Source of the DNA: Nitrosopumilus sp.
Lineage (GTDB): Archaea; Thermoproteota; Nitrososphaeria; Nitrososphaerales; Nitrosopumilaceae
Assembly: GCA_965214775.1 (NCBI GenBank)
Contig: OZ243974.1
Location: forward strand, 1,120,001 to 1,184,000
Length of the DNA stretch: 64,000 nucleotides
Direction: 5' to 3'
The notes under the pieces were generated by a model that saw nothing but the letters and a program-made list of their open reading frames with translations, did no database searches and had not been told where the DNA came from. The position numbers and the translations under genes are program-made. Below are positions 54,239 through 64,000 of the stretch, piece after piece (position 1 is the stretch's first letter; each line of letters begins with the position of its first letter).

Positions 54239-56818
54239 GGGGTTGTTCAAAAAACTTCCCATGGACTGCCATAATCTGCCAGTCTGCCCCCGGATGTATG
54301 TAAATTCAGACGCAGAACGGAACATTTTCGGCCAACCATGCGTAAAAGGCAACGTAAATATCCATGCAGGCTATACCTTACGGTAGTGCTGCGGTCCAAC
54401 AACAGTACGGAATTATGATAAAAATTATACCGTAAGGTTGTAGCACAACACGCGAGCGAACAGCTCAATCGTGATGGATCCGTCCAGCTTTGAGCGCAGG
54501 ACGGATCCAGTCCTTTCCTTCATTGCCGAAAATAGGGCCTCTGCCTGGCTCCTCATGTGATAGGCGCGCCAGAACTCGTCTGGCCTGTAACGTAGCCACT
54601 GCAGCATCCTGGACCGGGCGCCGAACCCGCGTGGCTTTTCATTCCCCTTTGCCGGCTTTATGACAGGTCCGCGACCGCTCTCTGCAATCAACTCGCAGTT
54701 TTTGTACGAGTCGTATGCCGAATCCAGCGCCACGATTCCGTATCCGCCCTCGGGGATGCGGCTCATCATGCCAAGCAAACTCCGGCGAGTCCCCCGATGT
54801 GCCAGGTGTGGCCTCAAATGACAGTATCCTGCCTTCCTACTGCGCCTACTATAACAACGAGCAGAAATAATTGAGGTTTTTTACGTGTAGTTATGACCTC
54901 AGCTAAGTGAAAAGTACCCCAGTCAGGCAGAAAATCAAGGAATTTAGACCGTCTTGACAACACTATCAGATGCAAACAGATCAATTAGGGTGCGGCCCCG
55001 TGGTTTTTGTTGAAGCAAAAATCCAGACAGTGCCGCGATCTTGAGAACAACCCGCGCATATATGAACATGTTGCAGATGGCGGAAGGAACATGCTCTCGT
55101 GCGTCAGAATGTTCGGGAAACACAACGCCATATACGGGATCGACGACCTGAACCGCGGCATGATGCGCGGGGCACTCAGTGACGCATCGGTGGGCGGATG
55201 CATCAACGCCACGACGCGTACAAGCGGCGCCGGGCCCTCTGCCAGATGGCACGCCTACAGGATCAAGGCGACCACCCCGGAGGCCGCGCAGGAGGCCTTT
55301 GAGGCGCAGATAAAACGGCAGTGTGAAAGATTAAGCAAGGCCAAAAGGATTCCCAAGAGAGGGCTGACAATAGCAATAGACCTGCACAAGATCTCCCGCT
55401 ATGACAGGAGTCATGACGAGAACCTGTCGCGCCAGAAGAAAAAGGACGGGACCACATACGCCGAGAGGTACATCACTGCCGAGTGCATCGACGACGGGCT
55501 GGGCGTGACACTGGGCGTGCTGCACGTAAAAAGGCTCGATTCCGTGCCTGAATCGGCCGGTTTGATCCTTGACCAGCTTGAAAGGGCAGGAATCAAGGTG
55601 CGCCTTCTGCTGCTTGACCGCGAGTTCTTCTCAGTCGAGGTGATTGCCATGCTGCAGGAGAGGGGAGTAAAGTTCCTGATGCCGTGCAGGAACACGGGCA
55701 ACGTGGTCGCAGCACTCAACGAGTTCGATGACGATAAGAGATCCCGGGTATCCGGAAACATAATCGAGAACAACACGGATTCGGCCACGTACACGATGAT
55801 AATAACGGACAGGAAAAAGTCCGGGGACGACAACAAGCCGGTGGATGCGGCAGAGGACAGGCCGGAGAAAAAGCTCATCGGGTTTGCAACGAACTGTCCC
55901 AAGATCAGGATCGAGCTGTACTCGTCAAGGTGGGGAATCGAGACAGGATACGCCAAGCTAGAGGAGTGCAGGGCCAAGACCCGGACCGTCGATCTGGCCG
56001 CCAGGATGCTGTGCTTTTACTATTCGATGGTACTGTTCAACGAGTGGATAATTATCCGGGCGCTGCTCAGCGAGGGGCCCGGGGTGCAGAATGTCATGAC
56101 GATGCTGGTGTTCAAGGAGTGCATGGGGATCTATATCAGGGAGCCCAAGCCCCCTCCATGACGCAGGATCTGGGGTACTTTTCACTTAGCTGGACCTACT
56201 TTGACTCAAAGACTTATGCCCGTTGCTATATGTGCAGCTTTGCAAAGTCGTGTCCCGTCATCTCCCCGTATTTTGCGTGGTGCCAGCTCTTGTACTTGCG
56301 GAGGCCAAACCCCGTCGAGTCACCGTGCAGATCCGCTATGCGCTCGCCGTCTGACATGGCCAGCACGACCTCGTCCATAAAGTCCTTGCCCATGTCCCAG
56401 AGCATCTTTACCCTGTTGTGCAGGGTGGACTTTGAGAGCGTGCAGTCCAGGCCGCACCTCCTGAGATCGTCCGGATTTGTCTCCAAATGTGTGGCCATGG
56501 TCCTGTAGGACAGGTGGTTCTCGATCCTGAGGATCGCGATGCGTATGGCAGACCATGCAAGTTTGGCATCGATTCCTGTCTTGACTGCCATCTTCTTGGC
56601 CACCCTGCGCACGATCTTTCCCAGCTTCTTCCTTACCCTCTTCTTGCGGGGGCTCTCCTGTCTGCGCTTCTGCTCGTAGATACGGTAGTACTCTGTGTTC
56701 TTTCTGTCGTTACTCATTGAAATAGCCAAGATCGGCTGATCAAAATTGTTTTCGGCGGATTACGCCTATGATCTGCAAACCTAGCGGTCATTTTGCGGAA
56801 ATTTTTTTGGACAACCCC
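54239..56818 (-). mobile_element. IS5-like element (pseudogene pieces at 56226-56729 and 54425-54848) hosting MITE C and ISH3
   Basis: GGGGTTGT.CAAAAAA.TTCC TIRs; GDSTG, LDSAYD and RSQAE motifs. An isolated copy of its left end is at ~58955-59050. Confidence 0.82.
54900..56192 (+). mobile_element. ISH3-like element, 1293 bp, transposase at 55007-56161; inserted in MITE C (54850-56230)
   Basis: 5-bp TSD GACCT at 54895-54899 and 56193-56197. Confidence 0.93.
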
Positions 56819-56826
56819 CGGTGGGA

Positions 56827-57885
56827 TCTATTGTACGAAAAGTCGGTCCGCCTAGGATCAGGAGGACAATAGCGGACTATTTTAGGCTGTACCGATCACG
56901 AAAAACCATGAAAAAAATACTGACAGAAGAGTCACGGCAGTACCTAGTAAGACAGTGCAAGAAAGGCGTCGCGTCCTCCAAGATAGCAAAGGATCTGAAC
57001 ATCACGGCAAGGCACGTAAGGAGGCTGTGGGCCCGGTTCCAGGCAACAGGTACGACGCGCGTGAAAATGGGCAGGCCGCATGTCCCGGTCACGGCCGCCC
57101 AGATACGTCTGGTGACCGGGACGCACGAGGGCGAACCGACAGGCGTACTGCGCACCGCAGGCAGGCTGAGGCACAATCACAATATAAGCTACCGTGCAGT
57201 ATACCGCATAATGAAGAAGAACGGCCTGGTGATTCCGTCTGCGGCAAAATCAAAAAAGAGGGGATACGTCCGCTTTGAGCGCAAATACTCCAACGCGATG
57301 TGGCATGTGGACTGGCATGAAATGAAGGATCCGCGCCTAAAGGGACTCAACCTAGTCACGTATCTTGACGATGCCTCAAGGTGCATTACGGGGGCCGCAC
57401 TATTTGAGCATGCCACCTCTGAGAACGCCGTAATGACACTCAGGCTGGCGATCGAGAGGTTTGGCACGCCTGCATCCATACTGTCTGACAACGGCTCGTG
57501 CTTTGTAGGACAGAACGGCAGAAAAAAGGCGGCCTCCAAAGGCGGCACCGGCATGGGGACGTGGCAGCCCACGCTCTTTGAGGAGGAGCTGCTTACACGG
57601 GACATCATCCTGATAAACACCAGGCCATATCACCCGCAGACCAACGGCAAGCTGGAGAGGCTCCATCGCACCATCGAGGAGGAGATAGGGCATTATGACG
57701 GCCTGAGGCAGTACGTGGACTATTACAACGAGAGAAGGCTTCACTTTTCACTTGACATTGCCAACTGTGAGACACCGCTTCTGGCGTTTAGAAGCAAGGA
57801 GGCAACGGAAGCGATCAGGAGGAAGGACCCAAAATGGATGGAGAGGGATGCAGATGACTAGCGGACCGACTTTTCATATAATACA
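56827..57885 (+). mobile_element. IS481 element with 16-bp TSD; transposase at ~56908-57861
   Basis: TCTATTGTACGAAAAGTCGGTCCGC / GCGGACCGACTTTTCATATAATACA ends; ACAACCCCCGGTGGGA at 56811-56826 and 57886-57901. Confidence 0.92.
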
Positions 57886-58065
57886 ACAACCCCCGGTGGG
57901 ACAACACAGTTATTTACAAGCAGGCAGGAGAGAAATATTATGTTAGAGTACAAGGGGCATGTTTTTCAAATTTTACAGTCATTTTACGTGAAACGGTTCG
58001 GACAGCCCTTGCACAAACAAAATACACTACATGCAGCAGAGTACGTAGCACCAGTGTGATGAGAC

Positions 58066-58719
58066 ATGGCAGGGATAGACAAGCTTGCTACACTCTGGAG
58101 TGTGGCTATAGCTGCATCGGCAGTGGGTATCACACTTGCAATGTCGTCTGCCGGGCCCGAACCGGTCGGAGAATCCCCACCGCAGGACTCGAATTCTGTT
58201 GGCGGTATCGCAGTGCAGTCTGCCGGGCCCGAACCGACCAACACGGGCGGCGAGGCCACGGTGCAGTCTGACCTGAGCGATTCGTGGATGGTTCAGGTAC
58301 TTCGGCTTTCTGAGGAATGCATGGCATACGGATATGATGATCTGCGCGACCGGGATCTCTGCATGAAGCGCCATATGTCTGACCTATGCGAGTCATTCGG
58401 ACATGAATGGGATGAGGGGGATGATTCTTGTGATATGAGTAATGCCGAGTCTCAAACGGGGGACTTGGACGACGCGCATGGTAAAATCACTCAGCACATG
58501 CAGTTGCAAAACACTCATTCTGACATGAGAGACGAACTACCACTGTTCATGTCTTTTGTAGACCGGGTATCCAACGAACTGGTGGTCGGCCTAGATCGCA
58601 GTGCCACCGGAACGGCAGAGCAATACGTCAAACTAATACGGCAAATTATAAACAATTCCGACGTCCAGATCCGACTCGTGTCGGGCGGCTTTACCGAGCA
58701 AATGCTCATAGAGGAGTAG
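58066..58719 (+). CDS. Secreted hypothetical protein
   Basis: Signal-like N-terminus, duplicated SAGPEP and a Cys-containing acidic middle region. Confidence 0.65.
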   Translation: MAGIDKLATLWSVAIAASAVGITLAMSSAGPEPVGESPPQDSNSVGGIAVQSAGPEPTNTGGEATVQSDLSDSWMVQVLRLSEECMAYGYDDLRDRDLCMKRHMSDLCESFGHEWDEGDDSCDMSNAESQTGDLDDAHGKITQHMQLQNTHSDMRDELPLFMSFVDRVSNELVVGLDRSATGTAEQYVKLIRQIINNSDVQIRLVSGGFTEQMLIEE

Positions 58720-59079
58720 TACAAAAAGCAAAAAGCATAGGTCTGACTGGGGCCGTATCCTAGCCCATCAGAATTTTTGAAGTATTGGGTTAGGTGTAAG
58801 CGTTTAGGTTGAGCACGAGGCCAATTTTTGATCACCACTTGGATTCACATGTACCAAGACTGCCCCTAGATTCATTGCCTGATTCAAAGACCAAGATACT
58901 GCGCGACAAGCTGGGCCTACGTCACAGCGGAGCTCTACAAGACACGAAGCTCCGTGGCTGTCCAAAAAAATTTCCGCGAAATGACCGCTAGGTTATGGAT
59001 CATGGGCGTGCGGCACCGAAAGTGATTTTGATCAGCCGATTTTGTCTATACTGAGGTGATCCGAAATCAGAAGTCGTAC

Positions 59080-59162
59080 TATAGCAACGGGCATAAGCCT
59101 TTGAGTCAAAGTAGGTTATAACTACACGTAAAAAACCTCAATTATTTCTGCTCGTTGTTATA
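59080..59162. mobile_element. MITE family C
   Basis: Matches 10641-10723. Confidence 0.88.
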
Positions 59163-59216
59163 CAATACAAACTACTTTTACACAAGGTTTTTTAGTTGTC
59201 TGTTGCACTAAAAAAA

Positions 59217-59858
59217 ATGGCAAAACCGCCACTGCTGGCCTCTGTTATTGCATCTGCCGTACTGATGTTTTTGGCGCCTGTCTCCGGATCATCTCTTGGC
59301 GTGTATGCGCAGGATGTCTCACCGCCGGGGAAGGGGCCCGGCGGAAACGATACAAGAACTGCCAGCCTTTGCTCCTCAGAGTCCGAATGCGTGCTAATTG
59401 CAAAGAACCATACGGGCAAGGACTCCAAAATATCCCAGTCGCTGCAACACCTCATCTCTAGGCCAGACATGCGGGGGGATGACCTTACCAGATCGGCGAT
59501 GGATACCGGGGCAATGGACGGTGAAAAGATACCGGTAATCATCCGTATAAAGTCCGGCTCAGAAGGGTTTGCATTTCCAAATGATCTCGGAATAGATGTG
59601 GTCGGAACATCAGGTCTTGGCATACATGCAGACATACCGGCCTCAAGCATACTGCGGCTGGCACAATATGACGAGATAGACCGGATAAGGATGGCGCCTG
59701 CGATGATCGAGGGGCAGACAGACAATCCGGTGACATCAGGCAACGATCTGCAGTTCGTGTGGGACTTGTCATATCTTCTGGTGCTGTTGATCCCCGCTGC
59801 CGTCGTCCTAGCAGTATGGCAAGCTAGAAGGGGAAAAAGGAGGATTGTCACGGCATAG
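59217..59858 (+). CDS. Secreted, C-terminally membrane-anchored protein resembling a subtilase propeptide
   Basis: Signal peptide (GVYAQ); SKISQSL...IPVIIR...IHADIPASSILRLAQYDEIDRIRMAP; C-terminal TM helix with a basic tail. Confidence 0.65.
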   Translation: MAKPPLLASVIASAVLMFLAPVSGSSLGVYAQDVSPPGKGPGGNDTRTASLCSSESECVLIAKNHTGKDSKISQSLQHLISRPDMRGDDLTRSAMDTGAMDGEKIPVIIRIKSGSEGFAFPNDLGIDVVGTSGLGIHADIPASSILRLAQYDEIDRIRMAPAMIEGQTDNPVTSGNDLQFVWDLSYLLVLLIPAAVVLAVWQARRGKRRIVTA

Positions 59859-62184
59859 GCCCGCCATACTGGCATCATCGCTTGCAGCGACACCACTACT
59901 GATGCTGATATTCATGTTGTCACTCGGCCAACTCTATGCCATTGCACATGGCCAGTCCGTGACAAGCCAGGGCGTATACACCGTAGAGTCGCACATAGTA
60001 AACAGTTTGGGAAACAATGGCAGCGGGATCAAGGTGGCAGTGATAGACACCGGGTTTGACGTGGACGACGCGGAGATATCATCTAACATAGCGGAGGCCA
60101 GATCGTTTCGCTCAGACGGCGACATTACGGCGGGGGGACGCACCAATCACGGGACTGCGACCGCGCAGATAGTCGTAGACGTCGCCCCCGGAGCCGAGCT
60201 GTACCTTTACAACGTCGGATCCGTGCCAAACATGATAAGGCTGATCGACTATATCATGGCAAGAGGGGACATTGACATCGTCAGCCTGTCCGTGGCATGG
60301 TGGGGCGTAGGGCCGTATGACGGGACCAGCGAGCTCTCACAAAAGGTGAGCGAGGCGCAGGACAGCGGGATACTGTGGGTATCCTCGGCCGGAAACTTTG
60401 CAGACAGTCACTGGGAGGGCACGTTCTCAGACGCAGACGCAGACGGGTTTCACAACTTTGGAACTATGGATGAGACAATATCGATCCTCGCCGAGGAGGG
60501 CTCCGTGGTGGAGCTGGAGCTCACATGGGACGACGCGTGGGGCCGGTCTGCCAACGACTATGAGCTGCGTCTCTATGACGATAACCTGAACCTGTTGATC
60601 TCCTCCATTACTACACAGGACGGCGATGACGACCCGCTTGAAACAATACAGTACCTTATTGGATCCGACGGCGTATACAACATAGTGATAGAGCGCTATT
60701 CAGGCGAGGCTAGGAACCTAGAGCTGTTCAGCTTTGGACATCCCCTTGCGGAGCACAACGTATCCGGGGGCAGCGTGATAATCCCGGCTGATGCTGCAGG
60801 CTCAGTTGGGGTAGCAGCCGTCGGTCACGACACGGAGCTGCTAAAGTCATACAGCTCGCGCGGACCCACAAACGACGGCAGGACAAAGCCGGACATCGCT
60901 GGGCCGACGGATGTGACCACGAGCGTGTACGACTCCTTTGGAGGCACGTCGGCTGCGGCCCCCCACGTCGCAGGGGTAGCAACTCTGATAAAGTCGGCCA
61001 ACCCGGCATACACACCTGACCAGATCCGGTCGATTCTGGAAGACACCACGAGGAACCACCACGAAAAGAACAACGAGGACGGAACCGGGCTGGCAAACGC
61101 AGTAAACGCCGTGGTCATGTCTGACGGATCAGCAAAGACAATGTCTGACCTACTGGGTATCTATTATGCCAGGATCGATCTGCAGGCCGCATATCCTGAG
61201 GCTGCCTCCGGCGACATGGCCGGGCTGGTCAGGTGGGCCTGGCAGTACGGAATTGTCGACTATCCCAGGGATCCGGCAGGCCCGCATGCCGTCCTGGGCC
61301 CGCACGCGCACACCTACGCACTGCTACATGTTTGGAACCAGAGGTCGGATCTGCAGGCAGCATATCCTGAGGCTGCCTCCGGCTACATGGCTGGGCTGAC
61401 GGTCTGGGCGCGCGACTGGGGAATCACCGATTATCCGGCAGACCCATTCGGCCCGCATGCCGTCCTGGGCCCGCACGCGCACACCTACGCACTGCTCTCC
61501 ATATACGACGCAAGGCCGGATCTGCAGGCCGCATATCCTGAGGCTGCCTCCGGCGACATGGCCGGGCTGGTCAGGTGGGCCTGGCAGTACGGAATTGTCG
61601 ACTATCCCAGGGATCCGGCAGGCCCGCATGCCGTCCTGGGCCCGCACGCGCACACCTACGCATTGTCCATCATCTATGACGCAAGACCAGATCTGAGAGC
61701 CGCATATCCCGATGTCGTGGCAGGCGATCGCGCAGCACTGACTGTCTGGGCGCGCGACTGGGGAATCAACGACTATCCGGATGATCCGGTGGGTCCTGCA
61801 GCGGTTCTGGGCCCGCACGCGCACACCTACGCACTGCTCTCCATATACGACGCAAGACCGGATCTGCAGGCAGCATATCCTGAGGCTGCCTCCGGCGACA
61901 TGGCCGGGCTGACGGTCTGGGCGCGCGACTGGGGAATCAACGACTATCCGGATGATCCGGTGGGTCCTGCAGCGGTTCTGGGCCCGCACGCGCACACCTA
62001 CGCACTGCTCTCCATATACGACGCAAGGCCGGATCTGCAGGCCGCATATCCTGAGGCTGCCTCCGGCGACATGGCCGGGCTGACTGTCTGGGCGCGCGAC
62101 TGGGGAATCAACGACTATCCGGATGATCCGGTGGGTCCTGCAGCGGTTCTGGGCCCGTACGCACACGACTATGGTGATGATTAA
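59845..62184 (+). CDS. S8 subtilisin-like serine protease with C-terminal 57-aa repeats
   Basis: Catalytic motifs VAVIDTG, HGTATA, SAGN and GGTSAAAPHVAG; KPDIAGP. Confidence 0.92.
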   Translation: MSRHRPAILASSLAATPLLMLIFMLSLGQLYAIAHGQSVTSQGVYTVESHIVNSLGNNGSGIKVAVIDTGFDVDDAEISSNIAEARSFRSDGDITAGGRTNHGTATAQIVVDVAPGAELYLYNVGSVPNMIRLIDYIMARGDIDIVSLSVAWWGVGPYDGTSELSQKVSEAQDSGILWVSSAGNFADSHWEGTFSDADADGFHNFGTMDETISILAEEGSVVELELTWDDAWGRSANDYELRLYDDNLNLLISSITTQDGDDDPLETIQYLIGSDGVYNIVIERYSGEARNLELFSFGHPLAEHNVSGGSVIIPADAAGSVGVAAVGHDTELLKSYSSRGPTNDGRTKPDIAGPTDVTTSVYDSFGGTSAAAPHVAGVATLIKSANPAYTPDQIRSILEDTTRNHHEKNNEDGTGLANAVNAVVMSDGSAKTMSDLLGIYYARIDLQAAYPEAASGDMAGLVRWAWQYGIVDYPRDPAGPHAVLGPHAHTYALLHVWNQRSDLQAAYPEAASGYMAGLTVWARDWGITDYPADPFGPHAVLGPHAHTYALLSIYDARPDLQAAYPEAASGDMAGLVRWAWQYGIVDYPRDPAGPHAVLGPHAHTYALSIIYDARPDLRAAYPDVVAGDRAALTVWARDWGINDYPDDPVGPAAVLGPHAHTYALLSIYDARPDLQAAYPEAASGDMAGLTVWARDWGINDYPDDPVGPAAVLGPHAHTYALLSIYDARPDLQAAYPEAASGDMAGLTVWARDWGINDYPDDPVGPAAVLGPYAHDYGDD
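61147..62181 (+). repeat. Six mosaic 171-bp units of the same repeat family
   Basis: R.DL.AAYP....G....L..WA..(W/Y)GI.DYP.DP.GP.AVLGP, six times. Confidence 0.93.
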
Positions 62185-62302
62185 GAGGCACATGTTATGT
62201 CAGTCTTCCCAGAAGTGCCACATCGAATCATCCTAGGCTCGAAACAATTCAAATGAGAATGCCTGCAGATCCGCATGTCGTCTACTGCACCACCACAGTC
62301 GG

Positions 62303-64000
62303 TTACTTTTGGGAATGCTGGTCTGCGTCCCGTTGCACCTTGGCAGTTTCTAGTGCTGCCGACGGAATGCTGGCTTCTTTTGTCAGTATCTGCGTCAGGG
62401 TATCGCGAACTAGTTCCGGGGAATAGTGGGAATTGGCAAAGGCAAGGGAGTTTTTTGAGAGCGTATTCCACAAGGATTCATCAGTGTATGCTGAGATCGC
62501 CCTGTCTACAAATTCGGCAGGGTCGTCTCCAACCAACAGGATCTTGTCGTCATCTGACATACCCTCTGCCCCTATCGACGTCGTAACAACAGGCAACCCA
62601 TACGCAAAGCTACTAGTGATCTTTCCCTTAATCCCGGCCCCATATGTCAGAGGAACCAGCATGATCCTGCAGCGGTTGAGGTGTCCCTCTATGTCCGGTA
62701 GGTGTCCGAGAAAGGCGACGTTTTTGGTACCGGTGCACAGATCCCTGATCTTTTTGGACGCATTGCTTCCTATAACGTACAGCCTGACATCGGGCAGGCG
62801 CTCTCTGATCTGTGGGAATATGCGACTTGTCAGATATTCAAGGGAATCTACATTTGGTGGGTGTGTAAACCCTCCCACAAACAGGAAATCCTTTCGTTTT
62901 TCAAACGGTACGGGACTCTTTTGTGGAATCTGCAGCGGCGGAATTACGGCGACCGACAGGCCGGGATCCTCGTTTAGCAGGAATCTTGCCTCCTTGAGGC
63001 TACGGACTATGACCATATCTGACTTGCCGATAAGAGACAATTCGCCTTTGCTGTTCCTGCTTGCAGCAGTTATCTGTGATGGGTCTTGGGACAGTACGGC
63101 CATCCTGTACTCGCGGACAAAGTGAAGATCCGTAGTGTCGTAGACTATCTTGCATCCTGGCGCGTGTCTTTTGAGACGGTCAAAATATCTTGCGGTGATA
63201 TGAGGCCTTGAGGCAAAACAGACGTGAAAGGTCTCCTTGCGTCCTTTCAAAAACTCCTCAAAGTCGCGGTTTCCGTAGACGACCTCGATTCCCTTCTGCT
63301 GCAGCTCCGTAGCATATGGCTCTGTTCTGGCCAAGTTATCTGGCCAGAAGGTGACGTTGTGGTTCATGGATGCCAAGATTGAGATCACATAGTACGCAGT
63401 AAGCGAGCCCGCGTCGCGATCGTACTCTGGGACGAAGTGATCTATGTAGAGTATGTTGAGGCCGGCAGTGCGGTTCCTCTCAAAGAATACGTTCTTTGGC
63501 GAGTCTGGATGACGGCTTTGTATGATCCCTTCCCATTTTTTCATGTATCTATCCTTGTTTGTGACTTGGAATGACTTTATTCCCTGTGAGGTGTCGGTGC
63601 CTTGGGTCCTGCCTTCGTGGTGGATGAAACAGGCCATGGGCTGGTACAGGATGCTGTATCCCTTTTGCCTGATGGCCTGGCAGAGGTCATTGTCCTCCCA
63701 GTAGGCAACGTCGTATCCGGAGTCGAACCCTCCGTTCTCCTCGAAGATCTCCCGCCTGACCATCAGACATGCTCCAGAACAGTAGTCGACCTCCCTGACA
63801 AAGTTATACTCGGCCTTGTCCGGGTCGTCGCCTCTCCCGTAGTTCCATACGTTTCCGTTCCCCCAGACGATGCATCCGGCTTCCTGCAGGGTTCCGTCGG
63901 CAGACAGCAGCTTGCCTCCCACGGCACCCGTCCCCTCATTCAGGGCCAGCTTCAGCATGGCCTCCAGCCAGTTCGGCGAGGCCACCTCCATATCGTCGTT
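62303..64000 (-). CDS. GT2-GT4 fusion glycosyltransferase (5' end beyond the window)
   Basis: VDYCSGAC and WEDNDLC (GT2); FVGGFTHPPN, GAGIKGK and LPVVTTSIGAEG (GT4). Confidence 0.92.
   Translation of the reverse strand, partial: NDDMEVASPNWLEAMLKLALNEGTGAVGGKLLSADGTLQEAGCIVWGNGNVWNYGRGDDPDKAEYNFVREVDYCSGACLMVRREIFEENGGFDSGYDVAYWEDNDLCQAIRQKGYSILYQPMACFIHHEGRTQGTDTSQGIKSFQVTNKDRYMKKWEGIIQSRHPDSPKNVFFERNRTAGLNILYIDHFVPEYDRDAGSLTAYYVISILASMNHNVTFWPDNLARTEPYATELQQKGIEVVYGNRDFEEFLKGRKETFHVCFASRPHITARYFDRLKRHAPGCKIVYDTTDLHFVREYRMAVLSQDPSQITAASRNSKGELSLIGKSDMVIVRSLKEARFLLNEDPGLSVAVIPPLQIPQKSPVPFEKRKDFLFVGGFTHPPNVDSLEYLTSRIFPQIRERLPDVRLYVIGSNASKKIRDLCTGTKNVAFLGHLPDIEGHLNRCRIMLVPLTYGAGIKGKITSSFAYGLPVVTTSIGAEGMSDDDKILLVGDDPAEFVDRAISAYTDESLWNTLSKNSLAFANSHYSPELVRDTLTQILTKEASIPSAALETAKVQRDADQHSQK

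Noticed and set aside
1-64000. rRNA, tRNA, integrase or provirus genes
   Set aside because: None recognised by eye; tRNAscan-SE or Infernal would be needed to exclude small RNAs formally.

Overview
This 64-kb window is very rich in transposons and is most consistent with a host-associated (probably sponge-symbiont) Nitrosopumilaceae/Thaumarchaeota genome; this taxonomy is inferred from protein families and not verified. The backbone is a cell-surface/glycan locus: GT2, GT4 and CgeB-like glycosyltransferases, PGI/PMI, a Wzm/Wzt ABC exporter with wzm interrupted by IS630, a methyltransferase, two ~2,000-aa LVIVD beta-propeller/Ig-like surface proteins and an S8 protease. AT-richer accessory genes are interleaved: a GNAT and a PIN toxin-antitoxin-like module, an archaeal AAA-wHTH ATPase, a lone aroA, a ParB-like gene and a NurA-HerA plus DruA-like (DUF4338) trio. 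IS5, IS630, IS481, IS110, IS66 and ISH3 elements and at least seven MITE families are nested up to four deep, and many target-site duplications (TSDs) are readable. Top leads: (1) two IS110 copies whose non-coding left ends fold like a bridge RNA, with target-loop bases that differ between copies in step with their insertion sites; (2) a 57-aa tandem repeat module appended to three secreted proteins; (3) a subtilase apparently split into a membrane-anchored propeptide gene and a prodomain-less catalytic gene; (4) a candidate NurA-HerA-DruA defence system. No rRNA, tRNA or CRISPR array was seen. All family calls are from motif recognition by eye, without database searches.
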